Counted from the whole stretch's first letter, positions 14,383 through 27,154 are shown. The stretch is DNA of 63,901 nucleotides, filler included, from Neoconidiobolus thromboides FSU 785 (GCA_025603075.1; 8 parts of 8 records of this genome joined end to end with filler, not necessarily neighbours in it); one strand, 5' to 3'. Notes: generated by a model from the letters alone, not told the origin. Numbers and translations: made by a program.

Positions 14383-14493
14383 CAAATCAAAATAAGAGCA
14401 TGGGATTAATTGTCTCTGAACTCGAGAGCACAATAATTTAAGTGATTATTATGCTATACCCAATCATGGAGGCTGATAAAGCGATATTTCACA
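14383..14493 (-). mobile_element. Inverted fragment of the LTR 5' (U3) end
   Basis: Reverse complement of ~13892-14000 (aataagagcatgggattaattgtctct...atatttcaca). Confidence 0.75.
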
Positions 14494-14787
14494 CTTTCTT
14501 TTGAATTTTATTATATTTGGTTTAATTATTTCATTTTATTTTATTTTTTTATTATGTTTATTTTATTATTGTTTTTTTGTATTATTTATTTACTTACTAT
14601 ATATTATCTTATTTATTTATAAATTTGTTTTAATTATTAAAGTTGAGTTTTTTCAACACTATAAGTAGTTATAAATTAACAAATAAAATAACCTTTAAAT
14701 TACAAGTTATTATCTTATATTATAATATATAGACTTATTTTTTTCTTATAGTTTTTTACATGTAATTATTAAAAAAATTTATCATAT

Positions 14788-14880
14788 GGGGATGTTTTTT
14801 GGCTTCATTACTTTTTTATCTTAGACGCTATTTGAGCAGAAAAATTGTTAGTAAAACTTTAAACCCAAAAATACATCCCC
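14788..14880 (+). mobile_element. MITE copy
   Basis: GGGGATGT...ACATCCCC termini. Confidence 0.8.
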
Positions 14881-15054
14881 ACTTATCTTGAATATCTGTA
14901 ATTTTATTCTCTATTAAAATAAACCCTAACTTTTTATATGAATAGTTGATATATAATTGTTTAAGTCTTTAAAACAACAACTTAAAAAATCATCATCTAT
15001 ACAACTAAAATTTAGTCTAATTTTTTTACATATATTTCATTATTTAAAATATTT

Positions 15055-15148
15055 AGGAATGTATTTTTGTATTACCAATTTCATTAACAATTTATTCGCT
15101 TAAACAGCATTTAAAAATGGAAAAAATGAAGCCAAAAAAAATACCCCT
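15055..15148 (-). mobile_element. MITE copy (diverged)
   Basis: Reverse consensus match. Confidence 0.65.
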
Positions 15149-16394
15149 ATATATTGTATTACTTTCACAGCTTTAAACTTTAGTCCCATTTTTAGATTAT
15201 TTGATAAAAATGGTTTTGATATTTGACTAAGTCATAAATCAAACTAAAAATAAAATCTGTAAAATCAAAAATTAAGTCTATGGTTAACTAATACTTATCG
15301 ATTTTGGGATCATGTGGGCATATTTGATATAATCACTGCCTGTAGTTCTAAAGGTCGGGATTTAAGCATTAATCAAGTCCAGGAAATCGGGGTCTCGAAA
15401 ATTGTTAAAATTGGCATGTAGTCGTCAGAATTCTAGGTAAAGGATGTCTCTAAAAGCTTATATTTCATACAACTTATTGCAATCAAATCTGTCTATTCGA
15501 AAATCAAGGATCTATAAAATTTGTGTTTATCAGGTGAAAAAAGATCTCAGTTACACCTAAGTTGAACACCCTATAATATTTTTAAAAAAATCACAGGGTT
15601 TTTTGTAAAAGCTTGTTAATCAGTTTAGGAAAATTACCGTTTATAAAGTTTTTTTATAGATTTATACTTTAAAAAAGAAATACATAGAACAATTTATTTT
15701 TGTAATATTCATTTTATTATACTGTAAAATGAGTAACATCCACACTACTAATACCAACTATAAATCTGATCTGAGTAAACTTTTTAATTTGTGCTTTTTA
15801 TCCTATGTAAGAAATTATTGAACAGAGAAAAACTGCAAATAAGTTTTAAAAAATGTAATAGGATGTGATAAAACAACACTAAAGCCCTGATAAATCAAAT
15901 ACCTGTTTAACTATACATTTGAGTATTTGCAGTCAATAATTGACTTAAAGCAAATAAACTAAAGTTATAAATTTATTTATCTTAGTCAATCGGATGTAAT
16001 ATAAAATGATATTTCACTAAAGCTTACCTATAATTTTAACTATCCTTTATATGTTATAAAATTATAGTATATCTATTAATAAAGGGAAAGAGCAGAAGAT
16101 GAAAGCAGAACAAAGCTAAAGGAGTTAGAAAACGTCTTAGCTAGTTAATATGGACAATAAAATTTTAATGTGTTATTATTTAAAGATTGTATTTATAAAC
16201 TCCTTAAAGAGAAATCAAACAAACCATGGAGATTTTACCATTACCTTTAAAATTGGGTATCTATAAAGAAAATACTTCAATACAATAACAGTATTATTAT
16301 GTTATATTGCATTAAGTGTATAAAATAATAAATTTAAACTTAAATAAAAATCTATTACTTTATTTTCTATAAAGAATTAACAAGACGTACTTCT

Positions 16395-17531
16395 TTAATC
16401 ACTTTCCATTTGGTTACCATTAGTAGATAAAATGAGTTCTTTATCACTATCTGAAAATATACAAATACCTTGTTGTAAAGAATCAATTAAAATTTGTAAT
16501 TTAGAATTAGTAAAATCTTCCTCCTGTTAATTGTTTAATAAATGTTAGCATAAAAATAAATATATAAAATAATCTACCTCTCTGAGTTTATCCAAATCAT
16601 CTCCAAAACTAGATGTTACCTGATCCATATAATAGCTATGGAACATTGTCTTTAACTTTTCTCTTTCTTTTTCTTTAGCTTGTTCAATGTTTATCGCTTC
16701 CTATTAAGTAGTAATTAAATGATACATTAACTTACAACCTAAATAATAGTTACCAAAAAAGTTTTATCACCTTCTAATAAAAACATGGAACGTTGTAACT
16801 TAGTATTTGCTAAACTTATAGGTTGCCACATTTTATTCATGATTGCTTCACCGCTATAATCGCTGCCTACATTTTTAATCGCATCCTTAACTTATTAGAT
16901 CACATCAAATAAAAGTTAAAAATAAAGGCTTACTTCAATTACTTGTTCGTTAATCAAGTTGGCTGAGGTTTTATAATCAGGACAAACTTTGTATAAAGTT
17001 TCCAACACTTTATTAAATAAATGTATTGTTTTTTTCTCCAAGTTATCTATTCTTTCATTTGCTTTAGTATTAGCCTGGGCTTAAAGTTATGCTATTAGTT
17101 GATTAATTCATTAGAATTTAGGTCTACCTTTTTTTGTTAAATTTAATTTGTTTTTGAGGGTATTTGAATAATTCTCATTAAATATTATTTCTTCTATTTC
17201 AAGCAACTTTTCTTTTAACTTTTCTAAATAACATTATATATGAATTGTAATTAGTTAAATTAAAAGTACCATTTATTTGAGCCTTAATATTCTCTTTCTC
17301 TGGGCTGTTCATAATTGATTCATCTGAAGATGCTATGTCTTCTTCCTCCATTGTCTCGTTATTATCTGCTTCAAAATCATCTTCAATATCAGAATCTCCA
17401 ATATCATTGACTTCATCATCTACGCTCTCGATATCTTCATTTATTTCCATATTGTCACTATCAATATCCTCTTCTATCTCTTTTATTTCTCTTTTATTTT
17501 TGTTAAATTTTTTATTTTTATCCATCTTCAT
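16395..17531 (-). CDS. RSA3: Rsa3-domain ribosome assembly protein with long acidic N-terminus (6 exons)
   Basis: Spliced C-terminus FHSYYMDQVTSSFGDDLDKLRE-EEDFTNSKLQILIDSLQQGICIF matches the Rsa3 pattern; GT-AG introns reconstructed. Confidence 0.75.
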
Positions 17532-18117
17532 TTTAAATACTGTGAAAAATAAATAACTCAAAATGAAACTTAAAAAATATAGCGCGCAAATTCTTTTGCT
17601 TTAAGCGAAAAGTTGGAAAATAAATTTTGCAATATTATTTTTTTAAATCTTGAAGGAGTTAAAACTCTCAGATGCTTTATTAGTATATCAAAAAATGTTT
17701 TTATTAGTTTTGAATACAGTGTCTTTAAACTATGATGGTTATAATAATAAGAACACTTGAATAACATCCTGGTAAATATTTTTAATAATGAATAAAACTA
17801 AAAATAAAAGAATTTTAACAGAATTAAAACAATTAAAGTTCTGAAGTTTTTGTCGCAATACTCTATATTTTGTTTATATTTACGTAATTATTGTTAAAAA
17901 TATTTTTATCAGATTGTCTAAATATTTTTCTTCCTATAGCCGCGATAAGTTAATAATACTGTAGTTTATTTTAAGAAATTCTTGATCTCTAATTCTAAAA
18001 AATTAAAGAATTAATCGGTCACGTTTGAAAAGTTATTTTAATAATAAAAAATACAACAATTTAAAACTTATAAAAATTTGATAAGATACTAATTTATTTA
18101 AACAAAACAACAATTAA

Positions 18118-19036
18118 CTACTCCGCCTTAGTGTCAATCTTATTATACCTTGAACGAAATTTATCATCAGTACCATGGACAAAGTCTAATAAGCCAATGA
18201 CACCATACATGTTATTAAAAGTTTCATGGTGAAAGTCATGTAATTTAGGATTTGGGAACCCAGGAATAGTATAGCCGCCATGGGTAATCACGGTGTTAAT
18301 AATAGCTACTATAAAATAAACCCATACCGTTACTGGATGGGATTGTAGCACAATGGGGCCAACTAGTAATGGAGTGATATTACTAACTAGAAAATCAAGT
18401 GGAGTGGTATATACAGCTATGTGAAAGTTAGTATTATTGTTTATAAAGTATAAAATAAAGCATACCAGAGATACCGATAGGAGCAGTAAACTCATGATGT
18501 TTTTTATGGAATTTGGAATAAAAGAAAGGTAAATGAAACAAACGATGGGAATAATAAAATAAAATTTCTTCAATTAAAACACAGATCATAACATCGAACA
18601 TCACTTTGCCAGTATTTGGTAATTCAGTAAAATATAATTGACCTGATTTATTATTAAATGCAGAAGTGGGATGAAAAATATAAAACATAAAATAACCATA
18701 AGGTACCCCAAGTACAACTAAGTTAAATAAAACTACTGGTATGGCTTTTGAATAGTCGAACCAAGTAGGTTGATATTTTGGTTGTACCTTAAGCTCAAGT
18801 GCTGTCGAACTTGGCATCATCATAAAATCGATGTAAGCTAATACTGAACTGAAACTCATATAAAATATAATTGATACTATAGCAGTACCAAATAATGTGA
18901 TATTAAATTCACTAAAGTTAGTTATCAATTTAGTCCATAGTTGCTGACTTAAAGTAGTGCTTGTTATTAAATGATAGCTTAAAAAAAGAGCAATAAAGGA
19001 AGCTCGATCTTTTATAAAATTAACTGGAGAAGACAT
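18118..19036 (-). CDS. Fatty acid hydroxylase / sterol desaturase superfamily (FAXDC2-like), 1 intron
   Basis: His boxes HRLFH, HKKHH, HDFHH; gtatgc...catag intron joins the two ORFs. Confidence 0.9.
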
Positions 19037-19083
19037 TTATTTTTTTTAAAAATGGTCAACTGGTCCATATTTATACTTTTGAA

Positions 19084-19359
19084 AAGGTGGAAAATTCGAG
19101 GTTGAATGTAAAGCGGGAAATGAAAATTTATAATAATAAACTAGAATTTTTTTGTACTAAAATGATTAAAATTAATTAAGGTGGAAAATGAAGTGTGATT
19201 ATTTAAATATGAAGGTGGAAAATATAACTATGATATTGAAATAGCAAAGCGGAAAATGGTAAATTGGATAAAGTAGGAAATCGTATATTCATTGTCGCGT
19301 TCATTGCAATTTATTAAATAATATTTATCTATATAATAAAATAAGAAAAAGGCGGGAAA
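19084..19359. promoter_or_regulatory. Cluster of seven AAG(G/C)(T/G)GGAAA-like motifs upstream of the hydroxylase
   Basis: Copies near 19084, 19111, 19178, 19212, 19247, 19271, 19349, all on the same strand. Confidence 0.45.
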
Positions 19360-20186
19360 TTATGGTTTTACCATAATCATTAATAAAAAAATAAGGATTT
19401 TTTAGTCAAGATAATATGAATTTTTAAATTGGATATAAAATAAACTTTTAACCCTAAACTATTGTAAACCCTTTTTGAAAATTAGATCATATTAAACTTA
19501 AAAAAGATAATACTATACTGCATCCAAGGCCAATTTAAACCTAAGGTTCAATTATTTTCCGGTCTCAACTCCTTCTGGAAAACGGAAACTAAGCACAAAC
19601 CCTGTGAGAATAATTGACATTGTTTAGTATTTGATTGATAACATTTTGATTTTAGGTTGCATAAAAAAGGATCAATAGAACAAAAATGAAATTCGTATAC
19701 AGATGTTCCAAAGTTAACACTAACTCAAACTAGGAAGTTTTAGTGATAATATTAACTGAGTTTGAAACTTACCTACATACTATAAAACATAGTAAAAATG
19801 TCAATGCGGCAGTAGCATCTTTTTTTATAAAAAATAAGAAATTTTTCAAAGTTAAAGTTGAATAAGGTTTTACATTTTACGTTTTGAAAGTATATGGGCA
19901 TATTTTTTTTGCTCAAAAATTTTAACTTAATACTTGGGACTGGGCTTTTAAGAGTTTTTTAACTTTTATTTTGCATAAATATGATAAATTATTGAAATTA
20001 AAGATATTCTCACACTTTAACCTTTATTCAAAGTTGAATGGTCTTATATTATTTGTGTTGTAAAAACTCTATTATATACTTGTTTGAACCCTTTTATTTC
20101 GATTTATCTCTCTATGTACTATAATTTCTATTAATATTCATTTATTCATCAATATTCAAAATAGAACTTTATTAACTTTAAAATTT

Positions 20187-20283
20187 GGGGATGTTTTTTT
20201 TGATTTCATTACTTTTCCACTTTTTAAGCACTATTTGAGCAGAAAAATTGTTAGTAAATTCTTAAAGACAAAAATACATCCAC
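20187..20283 (+). mobile_element. MITE copy, TSD ATTT/ATTT
   Basis: Consensus match; attt on both flanks. Confidence 0.8.
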
Positions 20284-20556
20284 ATTTGATAGTTTCTTAT
20301 TAGAAACTATATTTAACTTAAAGATTTTGATCTGATAATTTTGGAAAAAAGCAGCTTATTTTAAGCATAATCATACAAACAAAAATTAATAAAAAATTGG
20401 TTTGGTTGAAAATAAGTATACAACTTTGAAAAAAATAAAAGCGATTAAAATTTTATTTATATTGAGAGAGAGATTAATATTTATCACTTTGTAAGATAAT
20501 AAAATAGTGTGCAAATAATCATACATTAATTTTAAATTATACCACGTGATTACTTT

Positions 20557-22969
20557 TTATTTTTTATCTCCAACTTTAGCCTAAACAAGCGAATTAATTT
20601 AATAGTTTTAAAAGAATATTATTATAGTTACCAATAATTCAAGTAGCGTAGATACTTGTTGCATATTATTATTTTCTGGCGCTTTTTTAGTTTCATTCCA
20701 ACTATTTTCATTACTACTATTTATTTCTTTTACAACAGTAGTATTATTAGTTATTTTATTTTCTACTGTTTTATTTAAATTGTTTAAATATTCTGATACT
20801 AAATTTTTATCTTCATTATATTTGCTATAATCATTTTTCTTACTTACTCCCACCTTGTTATAATAGTTAGTATTTAAGCCATTATTATCATAATTTGAGT
20901 TATAATAATTATCTTTTAGGATTTGTTAATATTTTATGTTGATGTTTTATAATATAAATTTACCTTTGTCATAGCTTAAATGATTTTGTTTTTCAGCTAT
21001 TTTATCAAGTTGATTTAAAGATGATTCTGGATTATAAGAATCTGCTTCAATTTCTTCATGTTTCTTATTAATTTGAAATTTGCTTTGATAAACCTCAAAT
21101 TGAGATAACTGAGGTTCTCCTTTTAGTTCTTGTTTGTTATAATTATTATAATCATTATAAGTCATCTAAAATACAATTAAGTTAATTAATTAATAGAGTT
21201 TTAATTTTAATTACTTCTTTAGTAGCCGAGTTTCTTTTTGCAGTATTTTGATGAGGTAAAGTTGATGCTGGGTTATATTCAATAATACCATTATTATCAT
21301 CATTGTTATAACTTCTTTTACCAGGTGAATCGTAAGCATAAGCTGAAGAATAATTATTCACTGGTGTTGCATTTGAGTCATAGGTATTATTATTATAATA
21401 AGAGTTATTATTTTGTGGTTCATTATAATAGTTTTGATTGTCATAGTAATTTCTTTCATAATTTCTTTCATTTTTATACTTTGGACTAAGTGTTTTACTT
21501 TTAGCTTTACTTTTTACTTTACCAGCTTCAGGTTGACTATAACTAAACAATATATAAATACTTTGTTTTATAATCATAGTTAAACACTTACCTACGAGGA
21601 TCCCATGCTAAATCAAATGCTGTTGGAAGGACACCAAAAGATTCCCAATTAACTTTGTGTTTGACATCATGTGATGCTCTAGCATCAAAAAATGAAATAA
21701 TCTTAGTGCTATGTTAATTAAATTAGTATAAACAATCATCAATGTTTAATTATAACTATTACCTTGGAATTTCACAAGTAATGATGTCTTCAATTTCTCC
21801 GAATTGTGAAAAAAAATTATACAAATATTCTTCGGTTGGGACACTATTACTTGGAAATGCAATTTTAATTGAACCCTTGTAAAAAGTAAATTATTTTTTG
21901 TTATATAATATTTGTATTAAAATACCTGATTATCTATACCTGCAGGTGGTAGGGTGAAATCAGTACCTGCCTTGAAAAAGGAATAATGTACATCAAGCTA
22001 TTTAATTAACATTAGTTTTTATTAGCATCTTTTTAAAATTATACATACCGTTTTTGATTTAAAGCTAATTCCATCAACACTAACTTTAGCTTGTATTGCT
22101 GCACGAATATCATACTATAAAGAATAGATAAGTATTTTGTTTAATGACTTCTTTATATAGCTATTTCTAGCTTCTGATTTTAACAAAGTATTAGATATTA
22201 TACCAAAGTATCAGATATTATACCAAAGTATTGACTTTTTTTAAAATAATGAAATTTACTTACAAAAGTTATATAAAGTACACCTTTTGTATCATGGTAC
22301 ACTGTTGTTTTAATCTCACCAAAAGGCGTAAAGAAATCAAGCAATTCGGATTCATGTGTTCCACTCTTTAATAGATGAGTTTGAATAAAATAAAAAATAT
22401 TTTAAAAAAATAAAAGCTTTAGATATTATTCGAAAAAATATTAACAATAGTTATATACCTCAATATTTCTTATAAATAAACAACGTACTGGATTTTCTCT
22501 TGATTTTTCAATTATTACATGTTTATCTGCTTTGGATGAATCTTTTAAAAAAATTTAATAAGTAACATGTTTTGACTATCTTTAAATCAAATATAAAATT
22601 TTTAACTATGCAAAGATTTGATTGTTTTTTTAATATTTTCAATTATTGTAATTTTGACTTTGATTTTAAAATTAAATGCATACCTTTTGAACTCTTTGAA
22701 ATAACTTGATTCCTAACAAAAGCATTATAGTTTGGTTTTTCATAACTTTGTTCATAAGTATTTCTATTAAAATTCATATTATTATTATTATTATTTGGCC
22801 AACCGTTACTGTTGCTTTTATGGTGGTAACCAACACGATTGGAACGTATATTATTACGTCCATGTTCTCGAGTATTAGGTCCCCCACGATAGTTATTTAA
22901 ATATTTTTGATTATCTTGTCCATTTCCTCCTCGTTGTTTGGGGTATGGGTTTAAGCGATTATAATTCAT
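20557..22969 (-). CDS. Mei2-like RRM1-RRM2 RNA-binding protein with N/Y-rich tails (multi-exon)
   Basis: Spliced RCLFIRNI, FTPFGEI, YDIRAA, LDVHYS, NQGSI, FSQFGEI, FFDARAS follow the Mei2-family RRM1/RRM2 pattern. Confidence 0.75.
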
Positions 22970-23080
22970 TTTTTAATTTATCTTTTATTGATTAAAGGAA
23001 AATAGAAAACCGTTTTGAATTATGTGTTTATACTATTTTCCTTGGTTAAGGATTAGGAAACTCATGTTTCTTGAAATATA

Positions 23081-23268
23081 ATTGGTCTAATAGATTTGAA
23101 ACTTAAAATTGACCAATTAATTTAGCTTTATCACTTAACTTAATAACAATAGGTTTAAATTAATTCTATTAATAAGACAAATCCCCATTTTATTGGCTTT
23201 AAGTAATACGGTTTTCAGAATTTGACCAATTATAGTCCTATAATTCCAATTAAAAGATTTCAACCAAT
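23081..23268. promoter_or_regulatory. Six CCAAT boxes 110-300 bp upstream of the Mei2-like ATG
   Basis: CCAAT/ATTGG at 23081, 23113, 23192, 23226, 23246, 23264. Confidence 0.4.
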
Positions 23269-24560
23269 TAGGTTATAATTATTGAATTTTGATGATAAGC
23301 TTCTAGCGGAATCTAAAGTTCTAAAATAAGCTTAATGCTTCTCTAAGCATCTAGTTTTCTACTAACGTAACCCGATACCTACTCTTGTCTTCTATAGAAA
23401 CCCAACTCTTATATTTAATTTATCCTCCTTTTATAACCATAAACAAAGCACTTGATAGCTTCTACTCTTCGGAATTTAGAAAAAAAAGGCTTAATAATTT
23501 TCAGCCTAAAAATAAGGGATTTTTTAATCAAGCGACTCTGATCATAATTTGTAAAAATATTACACAAAACCAATTTACTCAATTTATTCTCTTTAATTTC
23601 TATTATTTGATATCACTATCAAATGTAAGATCAAGGACTATACAATAAAAAACTATATGCGTTTGCTAAAATGAGCACCCATTAGTTAATGAGTATTGCT
23701 TGAGATTGTGCTACTGTAATTATATATCAAATCTTATTAAAATACTTTAAACGTGATTTTTTCAGTAAAAGCCATTGAATTGGCTTACAAATATCATATT
23801 CAAGTTAGCTCCAAATATATAAAAATTGGGCTTTAAAACCTTTTATTGAAATCAATACAGCATAAACATTATTGAAATTGATACTAAACTAATTATAGAA
23901 CTACTTGATAGGTTAGTATTAATGTCATTTTGTTTTCAAATACTTTAACTTGCTCAAGTTAAAAATAATCGGAGCTTATATCTGTTATAAACCCTAATAT
24001 CAATATCATTGATAATAAATATAAGACTTTTAGAGTGGATATATTCCCTAGGGTTGGACGAAACAATGTTAAAGTACTACGTCTGTCTCAAGTTAAGGTT
24101 CAATTCAAGTGTAACTTGTAGAATTGTGTTTTTTATTTTGAAATTTCGTATCACAAAAAATGAATAAAACACTGAATCAAAAAGAATATCCCTTATATTA
24201 AATAGTATACCTAACTATGGGGTTATAGCTTCGATATAAAGTTATTAAAAATAAAAGGTCTTAAGCTAGTTAATATTTATGTTGGTACTATAGTAATATT
24301 GAATCTTTTGTAACTACATACATTACATTTTAGAGTTTCTATAAATCCTTATGTATTAAATTATATTTAATTATTAAAATATTTAATATAACTAAAAGCT
24401 TGGTTAAGGTTAAGGATAAAATTTCACATTTTACTTTATTTATTTTTTATGTAATATAAATATTTTTGAAAATAAATACTAAACAAATTTAAATTAAACA
24501 AAAATTGAATCAAACTTCCAAACCTATATATGGGGCTGTCCTAATTGGTTTCAGAATCTA

Positions 24561-24660
24561 NNNNNNNNNNNNNNNNNNNNNNNNNNNNNNNNNNNNNNNN
24601 NNNNTTAATTAATTAANNNNNNNNNNNNNNNNNNNNNNNNNNNNNNNNNNNNNNNNNNNN
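24561..24660. other. Assembly gap with artificial TTAATTAATTAA linker
   Basis: 44 N + 12-mer + 44 N; same structure at all seven gaps. Confidence 0.97.
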
Positions 24661-25544
24661 GTATTCTCTTTTTTCAATCTAGGAATAGAAGGTCGAAAGT
24701 CCTCTTTCTCCAATTTTTCAACATTCAATTTTCCAGTTAAAAACCCACGGCCTAATGGGGAGTAAGCTACAACGGCTACTCCTAATTCTCGACAAGCTTG
24801 TAATAGACCATTCTTTTCAATAAAAGTTTCCCATGGACTTTATAAAAAGAAAAATATATTAGATTTTTATTTTTGGTTAACAATTAAATAATTTACCTAT
24901 ATTCTACTTGTACAGCAGATATTGGATGTACTTTATGTGCTCTTCTAAGGGTCTCTGTACTGCACTCGGATAATCCCAAATATCTTACTTTACCTTCTTT
25001 AACTAATTCAGCCATAGCTCCAACTGTTTCTTCGATTGGACTAAAAAACATTATATTAAATAAAATAAACTATACTAAAGCAAAACCATACGTATTAGGA
25101 TCAACCCTATGCTGGTAATATAAATCAATGGTATCAATACCTAATCTTTTTAAACTAGCATCACAACATTCCTTAACGTATTCTTTGTCCCCACGTACTT
25201 TCATTACTTTTGTTTCTGAATCAAAATAAGCAGCAAATTTGGTACATAAAAAGATTTCATCTCTACGCTCTTTCAACACATTAGATAGAAGGATTTCGTT
25301 GGCCCCAATACCATAAATGTCCTAAAAGAAATATATGTTATTTTTCCGGCTTGAGAGGATATTAAATATGGCTTACTGAAGTATCCCAAAAGGTGCTACC
25401 GAGATCAATTGCTCGATGTAAAGTCTCTAAGTTATCTTGTTCGTTGAAAGAACCATAGAAAGCACTCATACCCATACAGCCTAATCCAATACTAGATACT
25501 AGAGGCCCATTTTTACCTAATTGACGTGTTGGTAATTTACTCAT
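24661..25544 (-). CDS. Aldo-keto reductase (YakC/AKR13-like), 3' end lost in gap
   Basis: [51 protein letters not shown]. Confidence 0.92.
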
Positions 25545-26045
25545 TGTTAGTTTGCTATTTAATTATGTTTTTCTATGCTTGTATTTTGTAGTCTGCTTGA
25601 AGTTTTTATACTTTTTGAGTTCTTAATTTAATCCCGACTTCCAGTTTTTCATTATATTGTCAAATTCGCTTTGTGTAGTAAATTGTCTGTTATAAATCCG
25701 ATTTTTTTAGCATGAAGTCAAATTGAAGTTTATTTCTTAAGTGAGATCAACCTTTAACATTTGAGAGGTCTATTTTAATTAAAAATCTGACTGATAGATT
25801 GTCCAATTTTTTTGCAGTAAAAAGCAGTCAAATAAGCAAAGCTAAAAAGGCACATTGTTTAACTGTGAAATTTATTACAAAAGATTAAAAAATTCAGAAT
25901 TTAAAAAAAAGGAAAATTTAATAGATTAAAAAATGTTTTCAAAAACTACATATATATATTAAATAGTTTAAAATCATTAATTACTTTTTTAAAAATTAAA
26001 TTACAATTAGTTTAAAAATATTATTTTTTTTGATTAATAATATAT

Positions 26046-26101
26046 AAGCATATTTTTTATAGCTTCATCACTTTTTTATCTTTTAAGCCCTATTTGAGTG
26101 G
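26046..26101 (+). mobile_element. MITE left half, ending at GAGTGG directly before the LTR
   Basis: cttcatcacttttttatcttttaagccctatttgagtgg matches the MITE left half. Confidence 0.7.
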
Positions 26102-26564
26102 TGTGAAATCTGGTACTCAGTATTTGGAGTCAAGAACAGTTATTGCTGGGTTGACTACACTATAAGTTGAAAGGTCTTAGTTTATGTGACTAAGATAGAC
26201 TTGGATTATGAGGAATAGCACGTAATAAGTTACAAGCTATATAAGACAAATAGAATAGACAATACTAATGTAAAACCTACGTAAAATACTATTAAGAAAA
26301 CTTAGTGGCTTTATTAAATGTACGAGATATCAGGGAATAATTTAGTTAAAAAGCATAGAGCTACTATACTCTAGAATCTCTTTTATACTCTGATAAGTAT
26401 AGATATCAAAACGAGAGGATAATATTTTTGAGACGAAGACAGAAATTCTCTTAGCAAATCAGAATAAGAGCATGGGAATAACTGTCTCTATAATCGATAA
26501 CACAACAGCTTAGGCGATTATTATACTATAGTTAACCATGGAGCTGAGAAAACGATATTTCACA
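26102..26564 (-). mobile_element. Solo LTR copy 3 (463 bp)
   Basis: Perfect 8-bp inverted termini TGTGAAAT...ATTTCACA (TG..CA); homologous to the other two copies. Confidence 0.75.
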
Positions 26565-26830
26565 GGTTTAAAAAACCTAGATTATATTTCTAAATTTCAA
26601 TATTAGAATTTTAATTTTAAAATCATGATTATCATACTGATTATTATTAGAATGACTCTAATCACTATTTTAATTTAAACTTTAATAGTAGTAAAAAATA
26701 TAGATAAAACAACAGATTGAAATAAATATATAAGATAATTAATATTAAAAAAACAATCTTCTAAAAAAGAATTTTAAATTTTTTTAAATTTTAATAAAAT
26801 ACTAAATTAAATTTTTGAAATTATATATAT

Positions 26831-26927
26831 GGGGATGTTTTTTTGATTTCATTACTTTTCCCATCTTTTAAGCGTTATTTGAATGGAAAGATTGCTAGTA
26901 AATTCTTAATCAAAAAAATACATCCCC
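26831..26927 (+). mobile_element. MITE copy, near consensus, TSD ATAT/ATAT
   Basis: GGGGATGT...ACATCCCC termini. Confidence 0.85.
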
Positions 26928-27154
26928 ATATATTTAATTCATGCAAAAGTTAATTTTATAAATTTAACTCCTTTAAAACTAATCAGTTATATTACAATTA
27001 ATAAATTAAGGTTTTTTTTTTTGTTTTGATGGTTATATTCTTAAAGTTATTTTACCAAGCTCGCCTTTATAACTATGCAAAAAAAGTTGATAGTTTACCT
27101 AGTTTAATTATACTTGTCGTACATTTTATAAGGAAAAGGGATTTTTAATTATAA

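Noticed and set aside
15729-16146. Small spliced gene (MSNIHTT...RERAEDESRTKLKELENVL)
   Set aside because: No stop-free splice model could be built and no family was recognised.
24605-24616. TTAATTAATTAA repeated inside all seven N-runs as a biological motif
   Set aside because: Artificial six-frame stop linker centred in 100-bp scaffold gaps; ORF-track proteins running into X residues are artefacts.
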